A DNA stretch of 64,000 nucleotides from Nitrospirota bacterium (GCA_016212105.1 JACRHJ010000061.1:1640-65639), one strand, 5' to 3'; counted from the stretch's first letter, positions 39,591 through 48,691 are shown. Program-made: numbers and translations. Notes: a model not told the origin generated them from the sequence alone.

Positions 39591-39627
39591 CCCCCTCACC
39601 CCAACCCCTCTCCCGCGAGGAGAGGGG
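39591..39627. repeat. Family E repeat CCCCTCACCCCAACCCCTCTCCCGCGAGGAGAGGGG
   Basis: Copies or variants at about 2409, 6627, 6694, 6992, 10991, 19617, 25435, 30587, 47424, 50664, 62117. Confidence 0.9.
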
Positions 39628-39650
39628 ATTTTGATAGTGTCTTGGTGGCT

Positions 39651-39998
39651 ATGGCTAAACGCGCGATTATAGAGAAGGTCAGGAAATACCTTCACATCCT
39701 CCGGGATAACGGGTTCCCTGTCACCAGCGGAATCCTGTACGGCAGCTATGTGCGTGGCGATGAGACTCCTGACAGCGACATAGACGTTATGGTACTGTCC
39801 CCACTCTTTGACAAGGACCACAGGGCGCGTGTTGGCCAGCTCTGGTCGCTGACCCGTAAAGTGGACAACCGCATCGAGCCCGTGCCTGTCGGCGAGGAGC
39901 GGTTCAAGACCGACAACGTGTCCCCGCTCCTTGCGATCGCGAGGCAGGAGGGGGTGATGGTGAGGATTCGGAAGAAGAAGCTTGAGAAAGCTGGATAA
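39651..39998 (+). CDS. Orphan minimal nucleotidyltransferase
   Basis: ILYGSYVRGDETPDSDIDVMVLSPLF...RIEP...EGV. Confidence 0.88.
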   Translation: MAKRAIIEKVRKYLHILRDNGFPVTSGILYGSYVRGDETPDSDIDVMVLSPLFDKDHRARVGQLWSLTRKVDNRIEPVPVGEERFKTDNVSPLLAIARQEGVMVRIRKKKLEKAG

Positions 39999-40052
39999 CT
40001 TAATAAAGGGGCTGACCTGTGTGTCGGCCCTTCAATTTTACCGGAGGATATC

Positions 40053-40631
40053 ATGACCAAGAAGACCCTCGGCCCGCAGACGATGCTTTACCCCATGCCA
40101 GCGCTCCTCATAGGCGCGGACGTGGACGGCAAGCCCAACTTCATGGCCGCATCCTGGAGCGGGATAGCGTGCACCGAGCCGCCGATGCTGACCGTCGCCT
40201 TCCAGCCGCAGAGGCACACCCTGAAGGGCGTCAAGAAGAACCGGACGTTCTCCGTGAACATACCCTCGGTCGCCCAGATGAAGGAGACCGACTATACCGG
40301 CATCTTCTCCGGGAGCAAGGAGCCGGACAAGACCGCTATCGCGGGCTTCGAGGTCTTCTACGGCGCGACAAATGGCGCGCCGATGATCGCCCAGTGCCCG
40401 GTCAACCTCGAATGCACCGTGGTCATCACGCTGGAGCTGGGCAGCCACGACCTCATCGTCGGCCAGATACGCGAGGTGCACGCGAGCGAGGACGTGCTCG
40501 ACGCGGACGGCAAGGTGGACCCGGCGAAGGTGGACCCGCTGATATTCACCGTCCCGGACAGGAGCTACCGCCGTATGGGCGAGGTAGTCGGCAAGGCCTT
40601 CAAGGTTGGGGCGGAACTGAAGAAGGGGTAA
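40053..40631 (+). CDS. Flavin reductase / flavoredoxin family protein
   Basis: LYPMPALLIG, KPNFMAASW, FSVNIP, APMI.QCPVNLEC, GSHDLIVGQI. Confidence 0.9.
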   Translation: MTKKTLGPQTMLYPMPALLIGADVDGKPNFMAASWSGIACTEPPMLTVAFQPQRHTLKGVKKNRTFSVNIPSVAQMKETDYTGIFSGSKEPDKTAIAGFEVFYGATNGAPMIAQCPVNLECTVVITLELGSHDLIVGQIREVHASEDVLDADGKVDPAKVDPLIFTVPDRSYRRMGEVVGKAFKVGAELKKG

Positions 40632-40728
40632 GAGACGATGTCCCGCCTGTAGGGGTAGTGCCAGGCGAAGCGCGTGCCGGCCCTTTCTTCAGTATCGAGA
40701 TGCGGCTGTTATCACGGTATAATTGTCC

Positions 40729-42705
40729 ATGTTGAAATCGTTCCTCGACAGCATCCTCCCCCGTGGAATACGTCTCCCGCTGGCCGTAATCGCGGTCGCA
40801 TGCATCGGCGTGTACATGAACACGCTCTTCTGCGGCTTAGTGGACGACGACATACTCCAGGTGCTCGGCAACGACTGGATCAAGGACGTCCGAAACCTTC
40901 CGGAGATATTCACGGACACCGCCTGGGGTTTCTACAGCCACAAGGCCGGCAACTACTACCGGCCGATGATGCACGTGGTATACATGTTCAACTACCACGT
41001 CTTTGGCCTCGCCCCGTGGGGCTTCCACCTCGTCAACGTCCTTCTCCATTTCCTGGTCACGGTGGTGGCGTACATGCTGGCAAGGGAGCTGTTGCCCAGG
41101 CCTGTCCAGCCGTCTCCAGTCCCGCACGCAACCCCGGCGCTCGTCGCGGCCCTGCTGTTCGCGGTCACCCCCATTCATTCCGAATCCGTCGCGTGGGTGG
41201 CGAGCGTGCCGGAGCTTGTCTACACGCTTTGCTTTCTCACGGCCTTGTATATGTACATAAAGTACGTGCATGGTTTCCGGCCAGGCTACTATATATCGCT
41301 TGCCGCTTACTTCGTCGCTACGCTCGCAAAGGAGCCCGCGCTCACACTGCCGCTGGTCATCCTGTGCTACGAGCACGGCTTCCGGAGGGCCGGCGAGAGG
41401 CAGGCCACATATATCGGGAGGTACGCGCCGTACATCGCCGTCTCCCTGCTGTATCTCGGAATCAGGTATGGCGTACTGAGCGGCTTCGCGCCCCAGGTGC
41501 GCCACGCCGGCCTCGGGGCGTACGTCTACGTCATAAACGTGTTCCCGCTCTTTGCCAAGTACCTTCTCAAGCTGCTCCTGCCGGTAAACCTGAACGCGTT
41601 CCACGTATTCCATCCGATAAAGACTCTCGCGGGGGTGACCGGGGTTGTCTCTGTCGCGGTGTTCATAGGGGTCATGCTGCTCGCGGCAAGGGCGTTCAAG
41701 CGGGACGGCGCCGTATTCCTCGCACTTGCCATAATCGTCCTGCCGCTCCTGCCGGCGCTCTATATACCCGCGCTCGGCGAGAACACGTTCGCGGAGAGGT
41801 ACCTCTACCTGCCGTCGTTCGGGTTTACGCTCCTCGCGGGCCGGCTTTGGGGCAGCTTTTCCATCCTCTCCCCTCGCGTGAACATCACTCCACCTCACCC
41901 GGCCATCCGGGCCACCCTCCCCCACAAGGAGGGATGGATAGTGGAAGGGGGCTGTCAGGGGGCCGGGGGAGAAGGGGAGCCCGCGCTTGTCATTAATAAG
42001 GACCGCATGACTTATGCGCTGTACGCCTGCCTCGCCGCCGTCCTCTGTCTTTACGCAGCAGGTACAATAAACCGGAACGCGGTCTGGAAGGACGACCTTA
42101 CACTCGCTACCGACATGGTGGAACGCTCCCCGGACGGCGCGAAGCCGCGCTCATATCTCGGCAGCACGCTCGGCAGGCTCGGCCGGGACGACGAGTCCAT
42201 CGTTCAGCTCAAGGAGGCGCTCAGGCTCGACCCCGCGGACTCCGAGGCGAGGAGCCACCTGGGGCTGGAACTCAGGAAGAAGGGGCAGGTAGACCAGGCC
42301 ATCGAGGAGTACATCCTGGCGCTTGAGTACGGGACGTCGCTCAGGCCAGCGGCCATCCTCAACAACCTGGGAGACGCATACAACATCAAGGGACAGCCCG
42401 GCCTCGCTACAGCGCAGTACACAGAGGCCCTACGGCTGGAGCCGGACAACGCGCTGGCCCACTTCAACCTCGGGCTGACGTACGTGCATGAGGGCCGCGC
42501 GGACGACGCGCTCACACATATGCGGATCGCTGCCGGTTTGAAGCCGGACAAACCGGAGTTCAGAAACGGCCTCGGTATCGCGTATGCGGAAAAGGGGATG
42601 GCGGGCGATGCTGTCAGGGAGTTCGAGGAGGCTGTCAGGCTCGCGCCTGAGAACCAGGGGTTCCGGGAGAACCTGGAGCGGGCGAGGGGGATGGGCGGGA
42701 GATAA
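40729..42705 (+). CDS. TMTC-like multi-TM glycosyltransferase with C-terminal TPRs
   Basis: Loop-1 DD, YYRP, FHLVNVLLH, AALLFAV.PIHSESVAWV, KE, AERYLYLPS, RNAVWKDD, then TPR repeats. Confidence 0.88.
   Translation: MLKSFLDSILPRGIRLPLAVIAVACIGVYMNTLFCGLVDDDILQVLGNDWIKDVRNLPEIFTDTAWGFYSHKAGNYYRPMMHVVYMFNYHVFGLAPWGFHLVNVLLHFLVTVVAYMLARELLPRPVQPSPVPHATPALVAALLFAVTPIHSESVAWVASVPELVYTLCFLTALYMYIKYVHGFRPGYYISLAAYFVATLAKEPALTLPLVILCYEHGFRRAGERQATYIGRYAPYIAVSLLYLGIRYGVLSGFAPQVRHAGLGAYVYVINVFPLFAKYLLKLLLPVNLNAFHVFHPIKTLAGVTGVVSVAVFIGVMLLAARAFKRDGAVFLALAIIVLPLLPALYIPALGENTFAERYLYLPSFGFTLLAGRLWGSFSILSPRVNITPPHPAIRATLPHKEGWIVEGGCQGAGGEGEPALVINKDRMTYALYACLAAVLCLYAAGTINRNAVWKDDLTLATDMVERSPDGAKPRSYLGSTLGRLGRDDESIVQLKEALRLDPADSEARSHLGLELRKKGQVDQAIEEYILALEYGTSLRPAAILNNLGDAYNIKGQPGLATAQYTEALRLEPDNALAHFNLGLTYVHEGRADDALTHMRIAAGLKPDKPEFRNGLGIAYAEKGMAGDAVREFEEAVRLAPENQGFRENLERARGMGGR
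41866..41979 (+). repeat. Family E-like palindromic nest inside the TMTC-like CDS
   Basis: ctctcccctcgc...cctcacccggccatccgggccaccctcccccacaaggaggga...gggggccgggggagaaggggag; frame preserved. Confidence 0.72.
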
Positions 42706-42810
42706 TAGATATGCCGTCCCGGCCGGGGCGGTCTGTTCGAAACCTGTTGAAAACCGGTGGGTTTGGTGGTAGATTGTTGTATAGAGCATAGATGTTACGA
42801 GGGGGGGACA

Positions 42811-43095
42811 ATGCAGAGCGTAACCATAATGGTATCGGACGCGCCGGACTCCAGGGAGCTGATTCGCCATGCCCTTGAGCGTGAGAGGAAGGCTGACGCA
42901 TCCAGCTTGGCCGCGACCGAGAAGAAGGTCAGGCTGATGGCGAAGTCTCTCGGCGTCAAGGTGACCGGCCTCGACAAGGTCGAGCGTACCGAGGAGAACG
43001 AGCTTCAGCTTGTCGAGCTTGAGGGCGAGATCGGGATTCTCGGGCGGCTCAAGGAGCGGAGGAAGAGGCTCGACTCGATGGTTGTATGCGACTGA
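42811..43095 (+). CDS. Small coiled-coil protein, probable antitoxin partner of the DUF6516-like remnant
   Basis: 94 aa helical protein with RBS; its stop overlaps the next ATG (ATGCGACTGA), a TA-style coupling. Confidence 0.65.
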   Translation: MQSVTIMVSDAPDSRELIRHALERERKADASSLAATEKKVRLMAKSLGVKVTGLDKVERTEENELQLVELEGEIGILGRLKERRKRLDSMVVCD

Positions 43096-43235
43096 GGCGA
43101 AATGTCAACGCGCTGGACCCCAAGGCGCGCAGCCTTCCTACGTATCCCCACCACAAGCATGTCGGCGAAAAGATGGTTGGTTCGCACCCGCCGACTCTCA
43201 AGCAGGTGCTGGAAGAAGTCGAGACATATTTCTGA
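43086..43235 (+). pseudogene. Internally deleted DUF6516/TumE-like gene (49 aa)
   Basis: Manual translation MRLRRNVNALDPKARSLPTYPHHKHVGEKMVGSHPPTLKQVLEEVETYF*; T(Y/F)PHHKH...P.L..VL.E resembles the DUF6516 C-terminus. Confidence 0.6.
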
Positions 43236-43421
43236 GGTGACTGGATGAACGAACATATAGAGTTGCTCAGGGAGTCGGCCGGGGTGCTGGCGAGGAACGC
43301 CTGGAAGGCCTTCAATGTTGGGGCGGAGCTGGGGAAGGGGTGAAGTGTGGTTATTGAAACCTGTTGAAAACCGGCTACCAAAGGCAAGTCGATTGTCGAG
43401 CCCAGGAATGAAGTATTTCTA

Positions 43422-43451
43422 TTGACAATGGTAACGTATGTGTTACCATTG
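43422..43451 (+). promoter_or_regulatory. TA promoter with overlapping perfect operator palindrome
   Basis: TTGACA-N16-TACCAT; CAATGGTAAC-N6-GTTACCATTG at 43426-43451. Confidence 0.75.
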
Positions 43452-43454
43452 AAT

Positions 43455-43778
43455 ATGTCCATAGTCGTTCGTGAATATCTGAGCGAAGAGGGTGTTTCGC
43501 CTTTTGCGCATTGGTTTGAAGGGTTGGACTTTGTCGCAGCCGCCAAAGTCGGCACGGCTCTTTACCGTCTTGAGCAAGGAAACTTTTCGAGGGTCGAGGG
43601 GGTCGGAAGCGGCGTTTATGAATACAAGATCGACTTCGGGCCAGGTTATCGTGTCTATTTTGGCAAGGACGGCGAAGAGCTTGTAATTTTGCTCGGCGGC
43701 GGTTCAAAGAAACGGCAGAGCGCCGACATCTCGAAGGCGTTGGCCTGCTGGCAGGACTACAAACGCCGGAAAGGTTAG
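43455..43778 (+). CDS. RelE/ParE/HigB family toxin (addiction module killer)
   Basis: [46 protein letters not shown]. Confidence 0.92.
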   Translation: MSIVVREYLSEEGVSPFAHWFEGLDFVAAAKVGTALYRLEQGNFSRVEGVGSGVYEYKIDFGPGYRVYFGKDGEELVILLGGGSKKRQSADISKALACWQDYKRRKG

Positions 43779-43789
43779 AAGGCAACATT

Positions 43790-44107
43790 ATGGCATTGAC
43801 AAGAGGCTTCAGGACAACACTGCTGGAACGCGCCCGGTCCGATGCGGACTTTCGTCGCGCCATGCTCAAGGAAGGCGTCGACGCCATGCTTGCCGGTGAC
43901 GTCGAGACAGGCAAGGCAATCCTGCGCGACTATATTAACGCGGCGGTCGGCTTCGGGCAGCTGGCGGAAGATACGCACATATCGGCCAAAAGCCTTATGC
44001 GGATGTTTGGCCCGAAGGGGAACCCTCGCGCGGATAACCTTTTTCAGGTTATCCATCTACTGCAGGCCCGCGAAGGGATCCACCTGGAAGTTAGGGCGTC
44101 TGTTTAA
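43790..44107 (+). CDS. HTH antitoxin (addiction module antidote)
   Basis: MALTRGFR...LRDYINA.VGF.QLA..T....KSLMRMFGPKGNP.A.NLF; directly after toxin. Confidence 0.88.
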   Translation: MALTRGFRTTLLERARSDADFRRAMLKEGVDAMLAGDVETGKAILRDYINAAVGFGQLAEDTHISAKSLMRMFGPKGNPRADNLFQVIHLLQAREGIHLEVRASV

Positions 44108-44115
44108 GGGTGACG

Positions 44116-44321
44116 GCCAGGAGCCACCCGACCTATCCGCATCACAAAGCACGTAGGAGCGATGATGATCGCCTCGCACCCGCCGACGCTCAAGCAGGCG
44201 ATGGAAGAAGTCGAGACATATTTTGAGGCTGACCGATGAATAGCAGGTCGAGTCGCTAGGGGTGCTGGCGAGGAACGCCTGGAATGCCTTCAAGGTTGGG
44301 GCGGAGATGGGGAAGGGGTGA
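44116..44321 (+). pseudogene. Second, frameshifted DUF6516/TumE-like remnant; imperfect direct repeat of 43125-43343
   Basis: ARSHPTYPHH(+1)KHVGAMMIASHPPTLKQAMEEVETYF; downstream gtgctggcgaggaacgcctgg...ggggaaggggtga is also duplicated. Confidence 0.6.
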
Positions 44322-44354
44322 GGGGGCGAGCTTGACTGCATTTCTGAAATACGG

Positions 44355-44381
44355 AAGGCCGCCCCGGGTGGGGCGGCCTTT
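44355..44381. terminator. Hairpin between convergent genes, probable bidirectional terminator
   Basis: AAGGCCGCCCC-gggt-GGGGCGGCCTT. Confidence 0.6.
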
Positions 44382-44395
44382 GCAGCCACGCAGGA

Positions 44396-45838
44396 CTACT
44401 CAATCTGTAGTTCTTGTGCTCTTCTTGAAAATTCTGCAGCTTCTTTTTGAGCTTCTTCCGCTGAGTCCTTTACAGAAGATGCCATATTTGCAGCCGCTAA
44501 TGCCGCAGCCGCTTGCATGCTTGCCTTATCTGCAGCGCTCCTTGCAGAATCTGACTTCTTTTTCTTCTCATTTGCGGTCAGTATTTTCACTTGGTCGGTA
44601 CCCGCTGTTGCAATTGCGTTCTCGGCGTCTGCAATTGCCTGTGTCGCAAGAACATTAGCAATATCTGCATGGGCCTTCGCTGCCTTGGCTGACTTATCGG
44701 CAGTATCCCATGCTTGTCTTGATTCGGACGCAGCTTTGCTTGCTTTTGTGGCTGCTGATTGGGCTGCTATTTTGGTGTCAGCCAATAGGCTGCTATTATT
44801 TTGGAATCTTGCCGTTGAGGCATTTGTAAAAGCAATACTCGCGTTTGTGCGTTCCGTAATGGCTTCGTCTGACATGGTCTTGGCAATAGTAGCGTACTTT
44901 ATCGCTACCGTCTCCCCTGCGGCTGTTTCAACCTGCGATTCTTCAGCGTTTTGGAGCCGTAATTCCGCCCTGTCCTGCGCCTTTGCGTTGTCCTGGTTTA
45001 TCGCCCTTAATGCCGCAAAGATAGTCCCACCTCGGGCATACTCCTGGACATCGAGCAACGCCTGGCCAAGAGGGTACTCGGCCGTTGTCTTCTTCAAATT
45101 CTCGATGATCCTTGCGCGTGTTTCTTTTCTTACCGCTTCCATGCGATCAATTACAAGGTCGACCGCCTGCGCTTGAAGGAAGTTTTTATTCACTGCGGCT
45201 GTGGAGCCGAGAATCCCAGCGCTGAGGGCAGACAATAAGCTTGCCACCCTCGCCGGAGAGGTAACGGAAGCCGCTGTAGACAAACCCAGCGAGGTAATGT
45301 CGCCAGCCGAGTTGCCTACAGCGACGCTGCCGTAGAGTTCGGTCTCGAATTTCTGCTGGTACATGTCCATCAGGTCCATGAGTTTGAATACGATTTTCTC
45401 CCGTATAAGGCGTTTATCGTCATCCGTTGTGCCTGACGTATAATACTTATCCTCCAGGGCTTCCATGTCTTCAGTTAATGAACTCTGCTTTTGCGTTAAT
45501 ATTGAGACGGAAGTTATGGATGCATCGTTTGGTTGGGCACCGGACGTACTGGGTAATATATTGCCGGGCTCTCCTGCTGGCGCGGGTCCGGTTGTTATTG
45601 ATTTCTTTTCTTTGGTCGTTGTTTCATTTTTACCGCACCATGCGGTTGATTTGGTAATAGTGGTCGTGGTCTCGGTGCTTGTAACTTGCTTGGAGGGCTG
45701 TGAACTTAACATTTGCGTCTGGTTGTACGGGTGTTCCGGGCTGAAGTGGGCAAGATGACGGCTAAACTTACCGCACCCCGTCAACCCCACAGCCATCGCC
45801 AAAACCCCGAACAGCATGAGTACTCGTATGTTCTTCAT
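44396..45838 (-). CDS. Hypothetical lipoprotein with Ala-rich coiled-coil tail
   Basis: Lipobox GLTG-C; Thr-rich linker; helical core; (A/K/S)-rich C-terminal 170 aa; visibly lower GC. Confidence 0.78.
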   Translation of the reverse strand: MKNIRVLMLFGVLAMAVGLTGCGKFSRHLAHFSPEHPYNQTQMLSSQPSKQVTSTETTTTITKSTAWCGKNETTTKEKKSITTGPAPAGEPGNILPSTSGAQPNDASITSVSILTQKQSSLTEDMEALEDKYYTSGTTDDDKRLIREKIVFKLMDLMDMYQQKFETELYGSVAVGNSAGDITSLGLSTAASVTSPARVASLLSALSAGILGSTAAVNKNFLQAQAVDLVIDRMEAVRKETRARIIENLKKTTAEYPLGQALLDVQEYARGGTIFAALRAINQDNAKAQDRAELRLQNAEESQVETAAGETVAIKYATIAKTMSDEAITERTNASIAFTNASTARFQNNSSLLADTKIAAQSAATKASKAASESRQAWDTADKSAKAAKAHADIANVLATQAIADAENAIATAGTDQVKILTANEKKKKSDSARSAADKASMQAAAALAAANMASSVKDSAEEAQKEAAEFSRRAQELQIE

Positions 45839-46218
45839 GTACGTTCTCCTCGATGAGAGTAGTATGAGTTATGATACTTTTGACTCCGGAAAAGCATGAA
45901 ACGGCGGGTTAAGCGCAGGCGCACCTCCTTTGCAAGAAATGTCATCGTCTAAAGTATGGGGTTTAGAAAGAATTGAGGCAGGCCGGAAAAGCATGACCGT
46001 AACGGATTATACATAATGCACATATCAAGTCAACATCTAATTTTGAGTATAAGAAAACACTCTTTGTGCGGATTTCGTGGAGGCCCGGAACCCGCCGCTG
46101 AATATTCCTCCTGAATATTTCTTCTTCCATATCCCCCCTCACTCTGGTACAATTCTTGCTTATGATATTACCCGTGGCGGAACGCCGCGCATCCCAAGCA
46201 ACAGGACAGGACCACTAA

Positions 46219-47109
46219 ATGCATAAAATACTATCGCACATCTACTACGAAGTCAGAGAGCCCCAGATGACCTGGGACAACATAGGCGGATTCCAGGACA
46301 TCAAGGACATACTCAAGGAGATGGTCTGCCTCCCGCTCACCAAGGGCAAGGAACTCGCCGGGATGAACGTCGAGGTCCCGACCGGCGTCATGATCTGGGG
46401 CCCGCTCGGCGTCGGCATCACGATGCTCGCCGAGGCGGCCGCGACCGAGGCCGGGGTCGGCTACGTATACATCTCCGGACAGGAGATGCTCGGCAAGCCT
46501 GAGGCGCTCCGGACCGCGTTCCACGAGGCGCTCCACGAGGCCCCGTGCGTCCTGTTCATATCCGATACCGAATGGCTCTGCCCGAGGGCGGGCGCGGACT
46601 ACGAGTGGGAGACCGGCAACTTCCGGGGCATCCCGCCGACCTTCGCGGACAAGGAACTCTCCGAGGTCTTCATACAGGAGATAGACGCGCTCCACGGCGT
46701 AAAGGACGTCGCGCTCGTCGGTTCATGCTACCGCGTGGACACCGTAGACCAGGCGATAATCAAGGAGCACAGGCGTTTCAACCGCAAGGTCTTCATGCAC
46801 CCGCCGACCGTCGCCGACAGGGAAGGCATCCTGAAGGTCTACTTCGACAAGATGAAGATGTACGAGAAGGTTGACTCCGAGGTCACGATTGAGAAGCTCG
46901 CGACGATGACCGAGGGCTACGTCGGCTGGGACATAGAGTCGCTCTGCAAGAGGGCCGCGCTCACCGCCGTGAAGTCCGGGGACACGACGCTCACGATGAA
47001 ACACTTCAATGCCGCGCTGGCGGGCATAGACCCCTGGCTGACGCCGGGCATGACGCGCAAGTACTACGACATACGCGAGAAGGACTGCCCGCACCACTAC
47101 GCGTTTTAG
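46219..47109 (+). CDS. AAA+ (CDC48-like single module) protein with degenerate Walker motifs
   Basis: TWDNIGG...K..LKE.V..PL, GVMIWGPLGVGIT, PCVLFISDTE, RFNR, T.GYVGWDI.SLC..A. Confidence 0.85.
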   Translation: MHKILSHIYYEVREPQMTWDNIGGFQDIKDILKEMVCLPLTKGKELAGMNVEVPTGVMIWGPLGVGITMLAEAAATEAGVGYVYISGQEMLGKPEALRTAFHEALHEAPCVLFISDTEWLCPRAGADYEWETGNFRGIPPTFADKELSEVFIQEIDALHGVKDVALVGSCYRVDTVDQAIIKEHRRFNRKVFMHPPTVADREGILKVYFDKMKMYEKVDSEVTIEKLATMTEGYVGWDIESLCKRAALTAVKSGDTTLTMKHFNAALAGIDPWLTPGMTRKYYDIREKDCPHHYAF

Positions 47110-47844
47110 GCGGTCTTCCGCCGCTGATGGCGGATATTTGTCAGGTGGGGGTTTTTTCAGAGTGTCATTCTGAACGAAGTGAAGAATCCGCCTGTATCCA
47201 ATAGTGTTCGTCGGCGCGTTTTGCGCCGTACCAAACTGTGGGGGCCGTACCAAGCGAAGCGCGTGTCGGCCCTTTTACAAAATTCCTGGACCCCGTGTCA
47301 AGCACGGGGCGACAACATAAAGAAAAGGCAAGGGCCGACACAAGGGTCGGCCCCTGCATAAAGACATGACGGGCAATGCCGGCCCTACAACTGAACGAAG
47401 CGAATAATCAGCCTGTATTAAATCCACTCTCCTCGCGGGAGAGGGGTTGGGGTGAGGGGGTTCGTCATTCCCGCCCCGGCTTTAAGCATGCCGGGGTAAA
47501 CTCCAGCGGGAATCCAGGAATTTGATAGTGTCATTCCGAGCGAAGCCGAGGAATCTGCTGTTAAAAGCAGGTACCTCCTCTTCGGTCGGGACGACAACAA
47601 AAGGCAAGAACCAACTGTGCGTTTCCGCGCAGTCCCATGCGGGAATCCCCGCACCCGGGCAGGTCGGGGGCGGGATGGTATATGCGGGCTGTGCATTGAT
47701 GGGCTGTATCCGCTTGAGAAATAACGATAATATGAAATGCGGGGCCGCGATGCGCCTTCTGGCGTGATTCTTGCATCTTTTCCACATATGCCGGTCTGTC
47801 TATTGACACATCGCGCATTTTCTGGTATCAGAATGAGAGGGGCA

Positions 47845-48660
47845 ATGTCTATTCGTGAGTCCGGCGGTGTTGGTGGTGTGATAAACAGGGAGACTGGTTA
47901 TTTAAAGGGCGTCGGGTTGTTCGTCAATGCGTTCACGGCCCTCGTTGCCCTGCTGATAGGTTCGACGTTCCTGACGGGCTGCACAACCACGGCGGTCGCG
48001 GAAAAGCCGATGTCCGTCGTGCGCGGCGTCGTCACCGCCCCGGCCGAAGGGGTGTACCTCTTCTTCTACGAAAAAGGCGCCGACTCGCACGGGCCTCCGT
48101 ATCTTATGTCCCAGGCGACCGGCACGGACGGCGTCTTCGAGGTCGAGCTCCCGGACGGCGAGTACACCGTCGTCGCCAGGAAGCACATGAACGGCCTTCC
48201 GGGCAGCCCGCTTTCCGAGGGCGACCAGAAGAGCGAGGCGGCGAGCGTCTCGGTCAGGGGCGGCAAGGTTGCAATGCCGGCCCTCCAACTCGTGGACAAG
48301 TCCGACGACGTCAAGTACTTCGACGCCTCGGAGAAGAGCGAGACCTCGATTTCTGGCATGGTGCTGGACAGCGACGGCAAGCCCAAGGCGGGGCTCAGGG
48401 TGCACGTATACACATACGCGCAGATGTCGGAGCGGCCCAAGTACGTCTCCGCCGCGACCGGCCCGGACGGCAAATACGTTATCTACCTCCCCAAGGGCGG
48501 CACGTACTACATAGCGGCGAGGGACCACTTCGGCGGCCCGCCCAAGATAGGCGACTTCTACGGCAGATACGACGAGGGGACTATCGACCCCTCCGGTGTC
48601 ATACTCAGGACAGGACAGAATCTGGAAAACGTGAACATCACGGTGCACAAGGTATGGTAA
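47845..48660 (+). CDS. Lipoprotein with two carboxypeptidase-regulatory-like beta-sandwich domains
   Basis: Lipobox FLTG-C; ISG.VLD.DGKP, TGPDGKY, YYIAAR..FGGPP..GD.YGRY; start uncertain (47833/47845/47878). Confidence 0.8.
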   Translation: MSIRESGGVGGVINRETGYLKGVGLFVNAFTALVALLIGSTFLTGCTTTAVAEKPMSVVRGVVTAPAEGVYLFFYEKGADSHGPPYLMSQATGTDGVFEVELPDGEYTVVARKHMNGLPGSPLSEGDQKSEAASVSVRGGKVAMPALQLVDKSDDVKYFDASEKSETSISGMVLDSDGKPKAGLRVHVYTYAQMSERPKYVSAATGPDGKYVIYLPKGGTYYIAARDHFGGPPKIGDFYGRYDEGTIDPSGVILRTGQNLENVNITVHKVW

Positions 48661-48691
48661 CGGGGATTCATCTTTTGAAAGGAGGAAGTTT

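Noticed and set aside
43245-43343. Short ORF MNEHIELL...NAWKAFNVGAELGKG as a real gene
   Set aside because: It is only 32 aa and is disrupted in the second copy; its resemblance to an oxidoreductase C-terminus is too weak to call.
42738-44321. Integron cassette array
   Set aside because: No integrase is present and I found no convincing attC (RYYYAAC...GTTRRRY) sites; the repeats derive from coding remnants.
46219-47109. FtsH or proteasomal ATPase call
   Set aside because: It has no TM, protease or N-terminal domain, and the Walker motifs are degenerate.
47163-47600. Repeat arrays as CRISPR arrays
   Set aside because: The units are heterogeneous, occur in both orientations, lack constant repeat-spacer periodicity, and no cas genes are present.
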